A DNA stretch of 64,000 nt from Ascoidea asiatica JCM 7603 (Eukaryota > Fungi > Ascomycota), in NCBI GenBank assembly GCA_001600695.1, contig BCKQ01000008.1, forward strand, positions 161,781-225,780. The letters are read 5' to 3'. Positions 31,477 through 45,339 of this stretch are shown here, piece after piece; positions within the stretch are counted from its first letter, which is position 1, and every line of letters begins with the position of its first letter. A model generated the notes under the pieces. The model was not told where the DNA came from, did no database searches, and saw only the letters and a program-made list of their open reading frames with translations. A program made the position numbers and the translations under genes.

Positions 31477-34400
31477 TCAATAAGGAATTCCATTTGTCAA
31501 TCTTTGGAACTCATCATATCCTTTGGTAGTATAACTTTCCAAACTTTTGTGAATCAATTTTCTCATATATAAAGCGGCTGCCTTTTCACTTTTCATAGGA
31601 ACAAATCTTGATCTTAGATTTTTTATTGTGATATCACCTTTAAAGCAAGGAAGACCACTGCCAAGCATAGGTAAAACGCATTTGATAATTGTATCCATAT
31701 ATGGTCTTGCTGCCAAATATCCTTTAACACAGAGTTCTTCAAACCATTTAAAAGCTTGAGTTTCATTACTTCCACCCATGACTTGAATCATTTCTCGAGT
31801 TAATTTGAATGGAGCTACTTCAAATTTAAGTCCACCAGGAACGATATCAAAAATAAAACCAAAATCAATATGTAGTATATGTCCTTGATCATCATACATG
31901 ATATTACCATTATGTCTATCTTTGAACTGCAATAAAAACGAAATAATCGAATAAGCAGCTAAAGACTTCACAAAATTATTTCGCGCCTGTTGAAACTCTA
32001 TAGAGTCTTCTGGACCGAATTTAGTAATGAAATATTCATATAGTCCATTTACAGCCTCACGACCAAGCATATCACGAGAAATAGAATTTGGAAGAACATC
32101 AATTACACCACAACCAGGAGCTGTAGCTGTAACTCTATATGGGAAGACATATAAATCCAATCCCTTAGCTGTCCATATGGATCTAAAAACAGATATTAAT
32201 TGCAAAGCTAAGACATCTTGACGACAATCATCGCCTACTTTAAAAATAGCACTTTGCCATTTCTCAACGAAAGAAATTTGAAGGTTATCATCTTCATCAT
32301 AATCTTCGACTTCTTTTTTGATCCTAAAAGTAGCCAAAAAGGGTGCTTTGGCATGGGACTGTAATGGTTTACCAGAATTTCGATTAATATTAATAACAAC
32401 CCCATCCGGATTACTGGGTAAATATACTCCAGGTTTAACAACTATTTTTTTCATTTCTTCATCAATTTTCATTTTTTTCTCTGCTTTTGATTTTTTAATA
32501 TAAGGTTTTAATTTACCTGAAATTGATGTGACTTCATTAAAAAAAGAAAATTCTTTTCTGTAAAAAGAAAGATCTGCTGCACTAAGGGATTTTATCATAA
32601 TAGAAGAAATCTCGTCCAATATTGGTTTCAAATCATCAGGAATAGTAGAGTCTTCATCCTTAAAACTATTTGCTTTCATATTCCATATAATTTGATGAGC
32701 AAAAAGCTGACTTATCTGAGCAGTTTCAATTATAAATCTAGCTACATACCCCAATTTATCAAATCTTAATGCTTGAACAATTTGAGGAACATAAAAAAAA
32801 GTTAAGTTTACGTCTTTACTTTCCAAAGATCTCATGGTAAATTGAAGCACATATGGATTCACATCGTATGGTGGTAAAAATAAATTTACAGAATCAATAG
32901 GAGATACTGGACTCCAATATAACAAGCACAGAAGAGATAAATCAGAATTATCACCTTCAGCATCCAAAATATACTTTACAGCATCAGGATATTTCATAGC
33001 ACTCAAAGGAAAGGATCTTAAAAGATTTCTTAAAAGAGTTGTATATCTTTTACTGCTGGCAGGATTTGATGTAATTTCAGTATTATACTTCTCTACTAGA
33101 TTAATGGCCAAAATCGGATCAAGCTTAAAAGCAAATTTTACTAAAGTTTCATTAACGGAGAGTCCAGTTCTCAATAGGGAACCTGTTGTCTCTTTGGGGG
33201 TTAATGGTGTTAACCAACTAGATAGTTTTGAAACCTCATTATCGAGAAATAGAAGCAAAAGATCTCTTTTATAGCCAACCAAAGAACTTGAACCTTTTTG
33301 GAAGTTCCCAAAATTGATATTTTTTAAAGTCAGCCCTATGTCAGTTAGTAAATTCATATCTGTTTTGATTTTAAGTAAGTTATTACCAAATGACCAGCTA
33401 GACTTTGAGCGGAACCAAGTCAAGGAACCTTCCAAAATAGAATTTATTAAAGCTAATGATTTTTTAACAAAGCCTGCTTTGACATTAGCTGAATATATCT
33501 CAAGGCATAATTTTATCAACTCAAAACGAATTAGCCTCGAGAAAGGGTGTAAACTAGCCTCGGAAAGATTTTCTAATCCTAAAAATGCAATACTCGTAAA
33601 CTGCTTTAGAAGATGTGAACTAAGAAAGGAGTAGGCTTGGAAATTAGATTGTAGTAGACGAATTATCTGCAAATGGCATTTAAAAAGTCCATTCACTCCA
33701 TTTGCATGATGTTCGATATCTTTTTTATTACTTGGAGCATATTCCATCCTAGCAAACTCGGCATCGACCAAGACAACACTATTATCGAAAATTCCCCTTT
33801 TCAGTATTATAGAACGAGTGAAGCTTGATAAAATAGAAGAATAAAGAATAACTTTTTTCTTTGAGTTCAATTTTTTCAAGACTATTAACCAGAAAGATAT
33901 AGCTATACCCATGATAGACGGCTTGAAAATTTCAAAAGGTAGTCCGACAATGTGTCTAATAATTTCTCCATCATAGTCGGGAAATTTATTTGAAAGTAAT
34001 ATATTTGACATATCTTGTAATAAAGTGAAAATCTCCTTATCTCTAACAAAATGATTATTTCCTTGATTTTCTTCCATTAACTTCATATAATTACAACTTT
34101 TTTCTAACAATATTTTTAGATGAGAAGTTGTATCTAAATCCTGACCCATCAGACCTTTTCCAGGTAAATAATTTTGGTTACCTCCTCTAAGAGCAGACGA
34201 AATAGTATATTTAGACAAAAATCCCGATAAAGTATCAACTTTCTGGAATAAATTCAAACTTTTGGAGAAAGATCCAATGTTAAAGAGTTCTCTATCGGAT
34301 GGATATATTGTTCCAATCATTTCCATTGCAAAAGAAACGCCAAATTGAATTTCAGTACTATGACTAGGGTTGAATTTTTTGTATCCTTCATCTTCGAGTC

Positions 34401-37400
34401 TAGGGTTCCTTGATATATAGGATTGAAGTAATGATTTCATATCAATACTTGATTTCATTAATGCAATTTTCACCCATTCCTTCGATTTCTGATAAACTTT
34501 ATCTAATGTATTGTATCTCCAAGATAAGCTATCCGATAATAATAGTTTTCTCGTCCTTTTGTTATTATTAACACTGGATATAAAGAAAAATTCAAACGTT
34601 GGATCATACTTATGCTCGTCTAAGTCAACAACACTTTGAAATAATAAAGACATAAGATTTAATAGAGTGAAGATTGTGTTAATGTTGCAAAGAAAGTTGG
34701 GGAATTTTTTAATAATAATATCTAAGCATTCGAATGCAGCATCTTGTAAATGAGCATTTTTGTGACAACATAAAATCAAGATTTCATTGATTTGAATAGG
34801 GACAGATGCAATTGAAAATATTTGTCCGGACTTAGTTTGAAGGCTGCTATGTTTTAAAATAGTAATCAACAATTTTTGGCAATTAGAAATTATGATATTC
34901 TTGACAAACTTTTCTAAATTACTGATCTTTATAGAAGGATCTGATAAGTAAACCAAATTTTTATGAATGATTCCTGTTTCCATTCTTAATCCTTCTAATA
35001 ATATAGTTGACGATAGAAACATTATTTTTGAATTACTTAATGCTTTCATTTCAAGAGTATTCAATCCGACAGATTCAGCAATTTTCTCTTTTTGATATTT
35101 CAAGTTATGATGAGAAGACCCTCTTCTCAAAACAGTATTTAAATCAAGAGAAGTTTCATTATTTTGATAAAAAGATTCAGAGGCTAAGGGAGGAGAGTTA
35201 TAAGCTATTCGGCATAACTCCTTTCTGAATTCTTTAGTAATTTCAGCCTCGTTAAAATATCCATGAACAACCATGTTATACCATATATTCCTAAATAAAT
35301 CAATAGTTTTTTGATCAAGTGAATCGATTATCAAAGGACTTTCCTTTAAAGAAACTGATGGAGAAGGCAAAAGAAGAGCAAGTGGCTTAAGATAGATTGA
35401 AATTTGTTTTCCTATTTCAGATATTTCACCGTGGGATCTGTGCTGATTGAAGTTTTCTACATCACCTTTTACAATAATTTGTCCAAGCAAATCATGTAAA
35501 AATATTGTATAGGCAGGATTAACGTTTCCGCTAGAAAAATCATAAAGAACATTTCCATTTTCATCACAAAGAGAAGAAGGTTTAGTGAAAGATGTTCTTA
35601 CTTTTTTCTTACGCAAAATTGAAGGAATACTCTCTAAATCATCAGTTTCTTTCATTTCTTCAGACTTATCAACTTCAGCTAAGTAGGCATCAAAATCTTC
35701 ATCACTTAAATAAAAGTTTTGTTTCAAAATCTTTGAAATTTTGCACAAACTTTTAAGAACTTCTTTGATGTAAACAGTATTTTCGAACTTAATAGCTGTT
35801 TTTAAAATCGAATTATAAAATTTTAAAACTAAAGTAAAATTTTTTGGATCGAAAAATAAAATTTCTGTAATTTTATATACATTTCTCAAAATTAGTAGAT
35901 TCAAAAATTTATTAAGCTTGGAAACAGGAGAAGATTTTGATTTATTCAGTCTAGGAGAAATCATATTACTAGTTTCTTCATTTAGTGAAATATCAGACAT
36001 TTTAAATTTTTGTGATAAAATACTTATAACGAGAAGAGTTATATCCTTTTGATTATAATTAATTGTCAATTCAATTAAAGCATGCATATAATTTTTGAAA
36101 GCGAGTTCAAGATAATTATAAGGACTGGTGGGATTTTCTTCATTCACAGAATAAAGATCTGATTTATTTCCATTTGCAGAAAAATCATGTTTTTCGTTAT
36201 TATTTTCTGAAGATATAGATGATGATTCGGGAGATAAGCTATTAATTTTACTTTTAGGAGTTCCAATAGTCGATGATTCTCGGTCAACTTCTTCATTAGG
36301 AGTGCTTGGAGGTAGAAGTTCTTTAATTCCTGTTTTTGTTAATTTTGGTTTTCTGATATTGGGTAAATCACGATCATAAGTTGACCTATTATAAGCATCT
36401 TGAATATGCTCATCATCAATAGTCAACATGTTAACAATTGAGTATATAGCTCCTACAATTAGGTCATCTTTTTGAGCAGAATATGTTGATCTTTTAGAAT
36501 TTGAATTGGTAGAATCAGTTGAGGAAATTGAAATTTTTTTAAATGCTAATGCTATACAAAATAAAGATTTCTTTAAAATTTTATTAATTTGTAAATTTGG
36601 ATTATTGAAGATTATTAATGAGATTTTTTTATTTAACAAACCAGGAATTTTACTATTTTTAGGATCTAAAGATAATAATGATAAAAATCCTAAAATATTG
36701 AAACTTAAAGAAGGATTAATTAATTCATTATTATCATCTGAATTCAAACTATAAGTATCAGGATTAATATCATCTTCAGTAATTGAACTTGAAGAATCTA
36801 AATTAACTAAAAGATTTTTATTGAATAAATTTTCCATTATAAATACATTTTTCAAAACTTTTGTAAAATAACCAATTTGAAAAATTTCAAGAATTAATGA
36901 TTTATTTTTATAAATTAATTCAACTCTTTCTAATGATGATAACGATATATAATTATCATTGTTATCATTATTATCGTTATTATCATTATTATTTATGGAA
37001 GAATTTGAAAATGATTTTTCCAAAGTAAAATTTTTACTTGAAGAGCCATTTTGTAAAATCCATAAATCATTTAAAGAAGATAAAATGATATAGTTAAACA
37101 AATTTAATTCATTTGAAGTAAATGAATCAATTGATTTATAAGATTGAAATAATGAATCATTCGAAGAGTCTGAAAAAATTGAGGCATTTTCTTTAAATTG
37201 ATCATTATTATCATTTAAATTATTACCATTCAATAAACGAGAATTAATATTATTGCCATTAATAATAATATTATTATTATTATTATGATTTTGATTATTA
37301 ACAATATTATTTTGTAAATTATTAAGAATGGAATTTTCATCATCTGTACTAATTGAAGGAATATCATCTAATAAATTTTCTTTTGAAGGAAAATTTTCTC

Positions 37401-37837
37401 TTAAATTTATAAAAGGATCATCAAAAGAAATTGGAATTGGAATATTAGGAGTTTCAATTTCGTTATATTTCAAATAAACTAAAGTTTCAATCAAAGATCT
37501 TTTTTTAATTGAACTACTTAAAGAATTATTCTTAAAGCTTGAATTTGAAAGTCTAATATTATTATTGTTGTTGTTGATATTATTATTGTTATCATTGCCA
37601 TTGTTATTGATATTAAGAATATTATTAGTTTTATCATTATTAATATTGTTATTATCATTATTAAAATTTTTTTTATCGTTTATAGAAAATAATAAATCTG
37701 ATTTAAAATTTTTTGATGGTTTACTTATTGGTTTAATATTTGAAATATCAAGTAAAATATTTAATTTAATTAAATTTAAATATTTTAAAAATAATAAACT
37801 TGAAAAATCAGTTATATTATCATCATAATCATCATCC

Positions 37838-37887
<50 letters not shown>

Positions 37888-39228
37888 TGAAGTTTTATCA
37901 TTTTCATTTAAAGATTGATTTAATTTTTTTGAAGAATATTTAGAAAAAGATTTAATTGAGAAATTTGAATTTTTATAAAAATTTAAATTGAAATCATTTA
38001 AGTATTTTAATTCTGAAGATTCTTTTTCAAAAGAAATTGTTTCAATACTTTTAATTTCAATATTATCTATATTATTATTACTACTGTTTAGGTTTTCATT
38101 ATTACTAATAATATCAATATCTTGAATTTTGATTTGAGTTGGAGTTTGAATTAAGTTAGCATTATTATTGTTATTATTAATGGAATATATTTTATTTAAA
38201 AATTTTTCTAAATTTGATAAAAATTCTATTGAATTAATTAAATTATTTAAATTATTAAAAAGAATTAAATTTTTATTATTTAATAAAATTGATTGTAAAT
38301 TTAATAATAATTTTGAATTTGAAATATTTGAATAATTATTAATATCAATTTTTAAATTATTTAAATTTGAATTAATAGTATTTGAATCATTTGATTTATT
38401 AATAATTTCTTGATTATTATTATTATTATTAATATTGTCATTATTATTATCATTATTATTAATATTTAATATTAAAATTTTAGAATAATTTGATAAAGAT
38501 AATAAAATTGCAAATAATTGAAAATAAATTGAAAGAATTGAGAAATTATTTGAATTTAATTTTGATAAATTTAATAAATTTTTAGATAATGAAGATAAAT
38601 AATTAATTAAAATATCATTTGAGAAATTAAATAATTTTTGAATATTAATTTTTAAATTTTTAAATTTAAATTGATTAAAATTAATTAATTTTTTAAAATT
38701 ATTTAAAAATAAAATAATTTTAAAAATTGAATTTAAAATTTTTTTTGAAATATAAAACCAATGATTTGTTGAAATTTTTAATAAATTAATATTTTGATTG
38801 AATAAAATATTATTATTTGAAAGATTTAAAAGAATTAGATTATATAAATTTAATAAATTTTCAATTGAATTTAAAAGATATAAGAATTGATTTGAATTAA
38901 TGATTGAATTAAAAGAATAAAAAATTGAATTTGATATAAGGAATTTTGAAGATTTGGTAATAACTAATAATAATTCTAATTCATTTAAAGAAATTACAAT
39001 ATTATTATTTTTATTATTATTATTTGAATTTGAATTTGAATTTGATGATGAATTGGTTAATGAATTTAATAAATTATTAATTAATTTATTATAATTTGAA
39101 TAATTATCTTCATAATTTTTTGTTGAAATTGAAGATAAAGAAGATTTTGCAATTAGATATAAAGAATTGAATCTGATTGAATTCCAATTACTGGGTATAT
39201 TTATTGGTAATGGATAATTTAAAGACAT
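31477..39228 (-). CDS. STT4: Phosphatidylinositol 4-kinase type III alpha with greatly expanded Asn-rich N-terminus
   Basis: PLQSHAKAPF, AIFKVGDDCRQDVLALQ, KDRHNGNIMYD, HIDFGF and C-terminal YDEFQRLTNGIPY. Confidence 0.97.
37840..37887 (-). repeat. (AAT)16 coding microsatellite (poly-Asn in STT4)
   Basis: Perfect ATT repeat on the + strand. Confidence 0.9.
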
Positions 39229-39286
39229 TATTCAATCATTGATTATTTTGTTATTTATTTCTTCTTGATTGTTTCTTGATTGACTA

Positions 39287-39320
<34 letters not shown>

Positions 39321-39740
39321 AGTAAATGTTTATTGAATGTTTATTGAATATTTAATAAATATTAAAAGAAAAGAAATGAAATTTCAAAATTGCAGTTTTT
39401 TATTTTGGATTTGTTTGGGCCGAATTCAGAACTTTGACAGAAAAAGGGGAAAGAATGAAAACGTTTGCATTAAACGCTGACAGAATGAGAGTGAATTGGA
39501 ATATTATATTATATTATATTATATTATATATATTATATTGAATAATATATTAATATATTATTGGTTTGTTATTCTTTATTGTTGAGGAACGAGAATACTT
39601 TAAAGGAATTTTGAATTTCATGTTTTGGTGTAAAAATGCAGAAAAAATGGAAATTGAAACGCCTGATTTGAATGAGAAAGAGATTGAAAATGGATGAAGT
39701 ATTCAATTAAAGATTGGAATTTATATTTCAAAGGAGTCAC

Positions 39741-39777
39741 TTACAATTACAATTACAATTACAATTACAATTACAAT
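39741..39777. repeat. (TTACAA)6 microsatellite
   Basis: Read directly. Neighbouring (ATTG)n near 39285-39320 and (ATATT)n near 39500-39540. Confidence 0.85.
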
Positions 39778-39859
39778 CTGACTTGAATTGGTTTGAGATG
39801 AGATGAGATGAAATGAAATCTATTCAATTAGTTTATATATTGTATATCTAAGATACTTA

Positions 39860-41305
39860 TTACATGAGTAACATTTTTGCAGGATCTTCAATTAATTCTT
39901 TAACAGTTCTTAAGAAAGTTACAGCTTCTCTACCATCTAACATTCTATGATCATAAGTTAAAGCTATATACATCATTGGCCTACTAACAACTTGACCATT
40001 AACAACAACAGCTCTATCTTTAACACCATGTAAACCAAGAACAGCAGTTTGAGGCATATTAATAATTGGAGTACCATATAAAGAACCAAAAACTCCACCA
40101 TTTGAGATTGTAAAAGTACCACCAGTCATATCTTCTAAAGTTAATTTACCATCTCTTGCTTTTTTACCAATTTTTAAAATTTCATTTTCAATATTTAAAA
40201 CAGATAAAGATTCTGAATTTCTTATAACTGGAGTTACAAGACCTTTTGGAGTTGCAACAGCAATTGAAATATCAACATAATCTCTATAAACCATTTCATT
40301 ACCATCAATTGCACCATTAACAGCAGGTATATCTTTCATTGCTAAAGTACAAGCTTTTGAAAATAAACCCATAAAACCAAATTTTATACCAGTTTTTTTA
40401 ATAAATTCATCTTTATATAATTTTCTTAATTTTAATACAGCACTCATATCAACTTCATTAAAAGTTGTTAAAGAAGCAGCAGTATTTTGACTTTCTTTTA
40501 ATCTTTCTGCAATTCTTAATCTCATTCTATTCATTTTAACTCTTGATTCAGATCTTGAAAATGGAATTGAAGGTTTTGAATCTTCAATGATTGGAGTTGC
40601 TTTTGGTGTTGCTTTAGGAGTTTGAACTGGAGTTGGAGTTGGAGTAGAAACTGGAGTTGAAGTTGGGGTTGGAGTTGGTGTAGATGTTGGAGCTGGTGCT
40701 GGAGTAGAAGATTCTTTTGGAGTTTCAGTTTCTTTTGGAGTTTCTTTTGGAGTTTCCTTTGGAGCTTCAGTTTCTTTTTTAGCTTCCTTTGGAGAATCTT
40801 TTGGAGCATCAGAAGGTTCAATAACTAATAATTCATCACCAACATTAACAGTATCATCAGGTTGAAATTTAAATTCTTTAATAATACCAGAAATTGGAGA
40901 ATTAACTTCAACATCAATTTTATCAGTTTCAATAGTTGCAATTAATTCATCTTGATTAACAAAATCACCAATTTCTTTAGAATATTCTTTTAAAGAACCT
41001 TCAGTAATTGATTCAGCCATATCTGGAACTTTAACAATAGTTGATTCAAATCTACATGATAAAAATTTATTTGAATTTATTATTTTATTATTTAAATTAT
41101 ATAATTTATTTGAATTTGATAATAATAATAATGATGATGATGATGATGAATATGATGGAGATGTATGAAGTTTTCTTATATTAAGAATATTATTATTATT
41201 ATTATTGTTATTTGATTTATTTAAAGTAATTTTAATTAAATTTTTTTTTGAATTTAAATTTACAAATCTTTTAAAAGATTGATTACGAATATTATTTGAA
41301 AGCAT
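39860..41305 (-). CDS. KGD2: 2-oxoglutarate dehydrogenase E2 (dihydrolipoyl succinyltransferase)
   Basis: Real ATG at 41305 ([14 protein letters not shown], mitochondrial presequence-like). Lipoyl motif [10 protein letters not shown], Pro/Thr linker, catalytic DHRMLDG. Confidence 0.96.
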   Translation of the reverse strand: MLSNNIRNQSFKRFVNLNSKKNLIKITLNKSNNNNNNNNILNIRKLHTSPSYSSSSSSLLLLSNSNKLYNLNNKIINSNKFLSCRFESTIVKVPDMAESITEGSLKEYSKEIGDFVNQDELIATIETDKIDVEVNSPISGIIKEFKFQPDDTVNVGDELLVIEPSDAPKDSPKEAKKETEAPKETPKETPKETETPKESSTPAPAPTSTPTPTPTSTPVSTPTPTPVQTPKATPKATPIIEDSKPSIPFSRSESRVKMNRMRLRIAERLKESQNTAASLTTFNEVDMSAVLKLRKLYKDEFIKKTGIKFGFMGLFSKACTLAMKDIPAVNGAIDGNEMVYRDYVDISIAVATPKGLVTPVIRNSESLSVLNIENEILKIGKKARDGKLTLEDMTGGTFTISNGGVFGSLYGTPIINMPQTAVLGLHGVKDRAVVVNGQVVSRPMMYIALTYDHRMLDGREAVTFLRTVKELIEDPAKMLLM

Positions 41306-41337
41306 TTTGAAATATGATATTGATAATGAAAGTTGTA

Positions 41338-41383
41338 ATTGAATTGAATTGAATTGAATTGAATTGAATTGAATTGAATTGAA
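41338..41383. repeat. (ATTGA)n pentanucleotide microsatellite in the KGD2 leader
   Basis: About 9 tandem copies; explains the spurious FNSIQ extension in the ORF track. Confidence 0.85.
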
Positions 41384-42048
41384 TATATTGAATGAATATA
41401 GATATATATAAATCAATTAAGAATATGAATTGAATATAAAAGAATATCAATGAAAAGATAAACTAATAATCTTATAATTAAATGATTAAATAATTGAATA
41501 ATCTATTAGTTTATGTACTATTGATATATTAGTATTGGTATTAGTATTAGATACAGTAGTGAGTGTAGTAGTGTAGTAGTAATACCAACAGTAAGAATAG
41601 AAGCCTGTTAACCACTTACTGCACTCATGAAATTGATTGATAATGTTTCAATGGTGATTTGAAGTGAAAAAAGACCGCGAAAGACGAAGAAGAAGAAGAA
41701 GAAGAAGAGAAAGAGAAGGGCGCAAAACCGACTGGACCGGCACTGGAGCCCATTACGAACCAATCACAGCGGGCGCAGAGACCGGAGCTGGAGGTGTGAG
41801 TGCTGGTTTTGCGTGCTTCGGGGCCGAGATTCGGGGACGCCGTGGTCGGATCTGCCCTCGTGTGCCCTCGTGTTGTCTCCTGATATTCCCTTTTGTGAGA
41901 CATTTCGGGAAATCTCGGTTATTTCCATGTTAGTACAAATTTCACCCTCGGAAATATACCAAATTTATTAAATATTTATTTATTTATTTATTAAATATTT
42001 ATTTATTTACATGATATCTATTTAGTTATTTATTTACCAAGTTAATTA

Positions 42049-43127
42049 TTAATCAGATAATGGAATTGTGAACATTTGATTACCTCTTTGAAGTTTTAAA
42101 GAATTAATATCAAAAGATAATAAATTTTTATTTTTATTATAATTTAAATCTTTAATTAAATTTTTATTTAAATTTTCATTTAAATTTATTAAAGATTTAT
42201 TTAAATTTTTTAAAATCTTTTCATTAATTAAAATATTTGAAGAATTTAAATCAATATAAGCTATTGAAATATGATAATTGAATTGATTTGAATTAAATTC
42301 ATTAAAAGATTTTTTAAACATTTTAATTTCATAATTTAATTTATTTATTTCAAATTCTAATTTATTTGAATTATTATTATTATTATTATTATTATTTAAT
42401 TTAGAATTTAAATTTAATAAATTATTATTAAAAATATTTAAAATTTCAATATTTAAATTATTTAAAATTAAATTTAATTTTTTATATAAATTTATTAATT
42501 CAATTTGATTTTTATTTAATAATAAAGTTAAAAAAAATGAATTTTTATTTATATTTGAAAAAAATTTTAAATTTATATTATTATTTATATTATTATTTAA
42601 ATTATTATATGAATTTAATATTGAAATTTTAAAATTTTTAAAATTTTTAAAATTAGATTTTAAATTTAAATTTAAATCATTTAATAATTTAAAATTTATT
42701 GGTAAAGTTGGTGATAAAGATAAATGTAATGGATTTATAATTGAATTTAAATTTTCATTATAATATAAAGGTTTAAATAAATTTAATTTAATATTATTTT
42801 CATTATTATTTAAATAACATTTTATTATATCATCATTTATTTGATTATTAATATGATTATTAATATGATTATTAATATGATTATTAATATTATTATTAAT
42901 ATTATTATTATTATTATTAAATGGAATTATAATTTTATTATTAACTTCATGAATTAAATTATCAAATAAATCTCTTTGAAATTTATTTGATTGTAATTGA
43001 ATTGATAAAAATGAATGCCAAATACCAGATTTATGTGAAAACATTCTTTTTTTATTTAAATTATTTTTAATTCTTGGTTTTTTATAGAATTTATCAAATA
43101 TTAATTCTGGAATTTCTGGTAATTTTC

Positions 43128-43224
<97 letters not shown>

Positions 43225-43323
43225 TGTATTTGTATTTGTATCAGCGTTTGTATCAGCGTTTGTATCAGCGTTTGTATCAGAGTTTGAATCAGTATCACTT
43301 GAGTAATTCAAGATATTATCCAT
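42049..43323 (-). CDS. USB1: U6 snRNA 3'-end phosphodiesterase (2H family)
   Basis: YSSD N-terminus, KLPEIP, RMFSHKSGIWHSF, and two HxS catalytic motifs (PLHLSLS, YHISIAY). USB1 is adjacent to ACE2 in S. cerevisiae. Confidence 0.82.
43132..43224 (-). repeat. (AAT)31 coding microsatellite (poly-Asn in USB1)
   Basis: 93 bp perfect repeat, preceded in the gene by 12-nt DTNA-coding repeats. Confidence 0.92.
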
Positions 43324-44201
43324 TCTTATATGATATCATATCATACCATGTTGGTACTCTTCTGGTTATTGTTCTCGATGTTCTTCTTCTTCTTCTTCTT
43401 CTTCTTCTTCTTCTTCAACTTCTTCTTGTTGTTGTTCTTCTTCTGATTGAATGAAATCTCAAAATTGTTTCGAGTTTGTTTAAAAAGAGAAAAGAGAAAA
43501 GGAAGAAAATGAGAATAGAAGCAGAACCAGTGTCGTGGTTTCAGTCACACACCTGATCCAATTTCAACTCACCAGCGAGACCAGAACTCTGGGACTGCTT
43601 GTTTGAGCAATGAACGTGCGGAAGAATCGGCTACTCCAACAAGGAACTCAGGAACTCAGGAACTCAGGGAAGCAAGAGAGAAAGAGAGAAAGAGAGAAAG
43701 AAAGTAACGCCATCAACATCACTCACTCAGAAACAAACCATAAATTTGTCTTGCTTTCATCGCTGGCTTTGCAAATGGAGCAATTTCAGCAATGAAAGTG
43801 AAAGTGAAATTGAAATTGAAATTGAAATTGAAGTGAAATCTTCGTTTGTTTGCTCATTCTGCTGATTACGTAACCGGTCATTTCCTTACAATTCTCTTGT
43901 TTTCTTCTTGTTTTCTTCTAACTCCGGTCAAATCGCATATGAAAATGGCAATAAAAATAAATCTGTAATTAATAAATTAATGAATATTCTTATAAATCAA
44001 ATAATTTCCTCATTTATTCTTAATATTCTTATTACTTTACTATTCTTTTTGTCTTATCTTCTTTTTCCTTGATTATATATTTATTATAACATAATATATT
44101 TTATTATTCTCAATCAATCAATTACTAAATCAATTACTAAATCAATTAATCAATCAAGTACTCAATTAATCAATTAAATAAAGAAACAAATAATATATAA
44201 A

Positions 44202-44708
44202 ATGGAATTATTGAATATTATATTTCGTGGACTAAATTTTATTTGGTATGTTATTAGTCTTGGTTTATCAGGTTCATTAATTGCAACTCAAGATTCAACA
44301 CATTCAAGAGTTAATATTGCAATTTTTGCTTCTATTTGGGGACTTTTATTTTCTTCAATTCTTGGAATTATAGCAAATTTTATACCTTTTTTAAATATAC
44401 CTTTAATTTCAGTTCCTTTAGATTTTTTAAATTTAATTTTCACATTTTCTGCTTCAACTGCTTTAGCTGTTGGTGTTAGAACTCATTCATGTTCAAATCA
44501 ATCTTATCTTAATTCTAATTCAATTCTTGAAGGTTCTGAATCAAGATGTAGAAAATCTCAAGCAACTATAATTTTCTTATATTTTGCTTTTTTTACAAGT
44601 TTATTTTTATTTGCAATTGCTCTTAAAAATTTTATAACTGATGGTGCTTTTGGTTTAAAAAAATCTTCAAAATCAAAATCTGGTATTCCTTCAATGCAAC
44701 AAGTTTAA
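44202..44708 (+). CDS. NCE102: Eisosome MARVEL tetraspan protein Nce102/Fhn1
   Basis: Four hydrophobic segments, SRVNIAIF, DFLNLIFTF, ALAVGVRTHSCSNQSY, RCRKSQA, C-terminal GIPSMQQV. Confidence 0.92.
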   Translation: MELLNIIFRGLNFIWYVISLGLSGSLIATQDSTHSRVNIAIFASIWGLLFSSILGIIANFIPFLNIPLISVPLDFLNLIFTFSASTALAVGVRTHSCSNQSYLNSNSILEGSESRCRKSQATIIFLYFAFFTSLFLFAIALKNFITDGAFGLKKSSKSKSGIPSMQQV

Positions 44709-45095
44709 TATTTCTACTATTTAAATCATGATCAATTAATAATTCTATTCTATTTATTTCAATTAACTTCTTTTCTATCGCCATTATTAAAATATTTCAT
44801 AAATTGTTTATTTTAATATCTGCGTTTCTTGTTTTATAATAATTTACTATTTACTCTATTATTTACTTACTTACTTATTTACTTACTTATTTACTATTTA
44901 CTATTTAATACTTTAATACTTTAATACTTATGTTTATGTTTATGTTTATGTTTGTCTGAATTACTCCATGGAGCAAACCCCTTGTTGTAGACCTCTAAAG
45001 TAGACCTCTAAAGTAAACCCCCTTAAAAGCAACCTTCCCCTTACGTACAACGTGACATGCACAACTCCATTTAAACGGATCTTATTTTTCCTCTT

Positions 45096-45104
45096 TCACG
45101 TGAC
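45096..45104. promoter_or_regulatory. Cbf1-type E-box TCACGTGAC upstream of CTR9
   Basis: Exact palindromic site about 235 bp upstream of the ATG. Confidence 0.55.
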
Positions 45105-45198
45105 TTTTCCTTTTTTCTTTTCTTTCCTGATGAAATCGCCAAATTTCAAATAAAAAACACATTAACCGCCGATAGAATTATTATAAGCAATATACAAA

Positions 45199-45237
<39 letters not shown>

Positions 45238-45339
45238 ACCTTTATTTATACTAATCTATGATAACAATAACAATAATAATAACAACTAAATGAGATAAGA
45301 AGAGAAGAGATAAGAATATATCAAATTCAAAGATAAAGA

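Noticed and set aside
41306-41416. N-terminal extensions in the ORF track for KGD2 (also PBR1 1932 and PHB1 51535)
   Set aside because: They begin at TTG codons in leader sequence; the downstream ATGs match the family N-termini.
41625-41933. Two overlapping ORFs of about 90 aa in the GC island upstream of KGD2 (similar cases at 1532-1813, 5072-5257, 43610-43795, 55523-55845)
   Set aside because: Stops are scarce in GC-rich islands, the codon usage is unlike host genes, and there is no recognisable protein.
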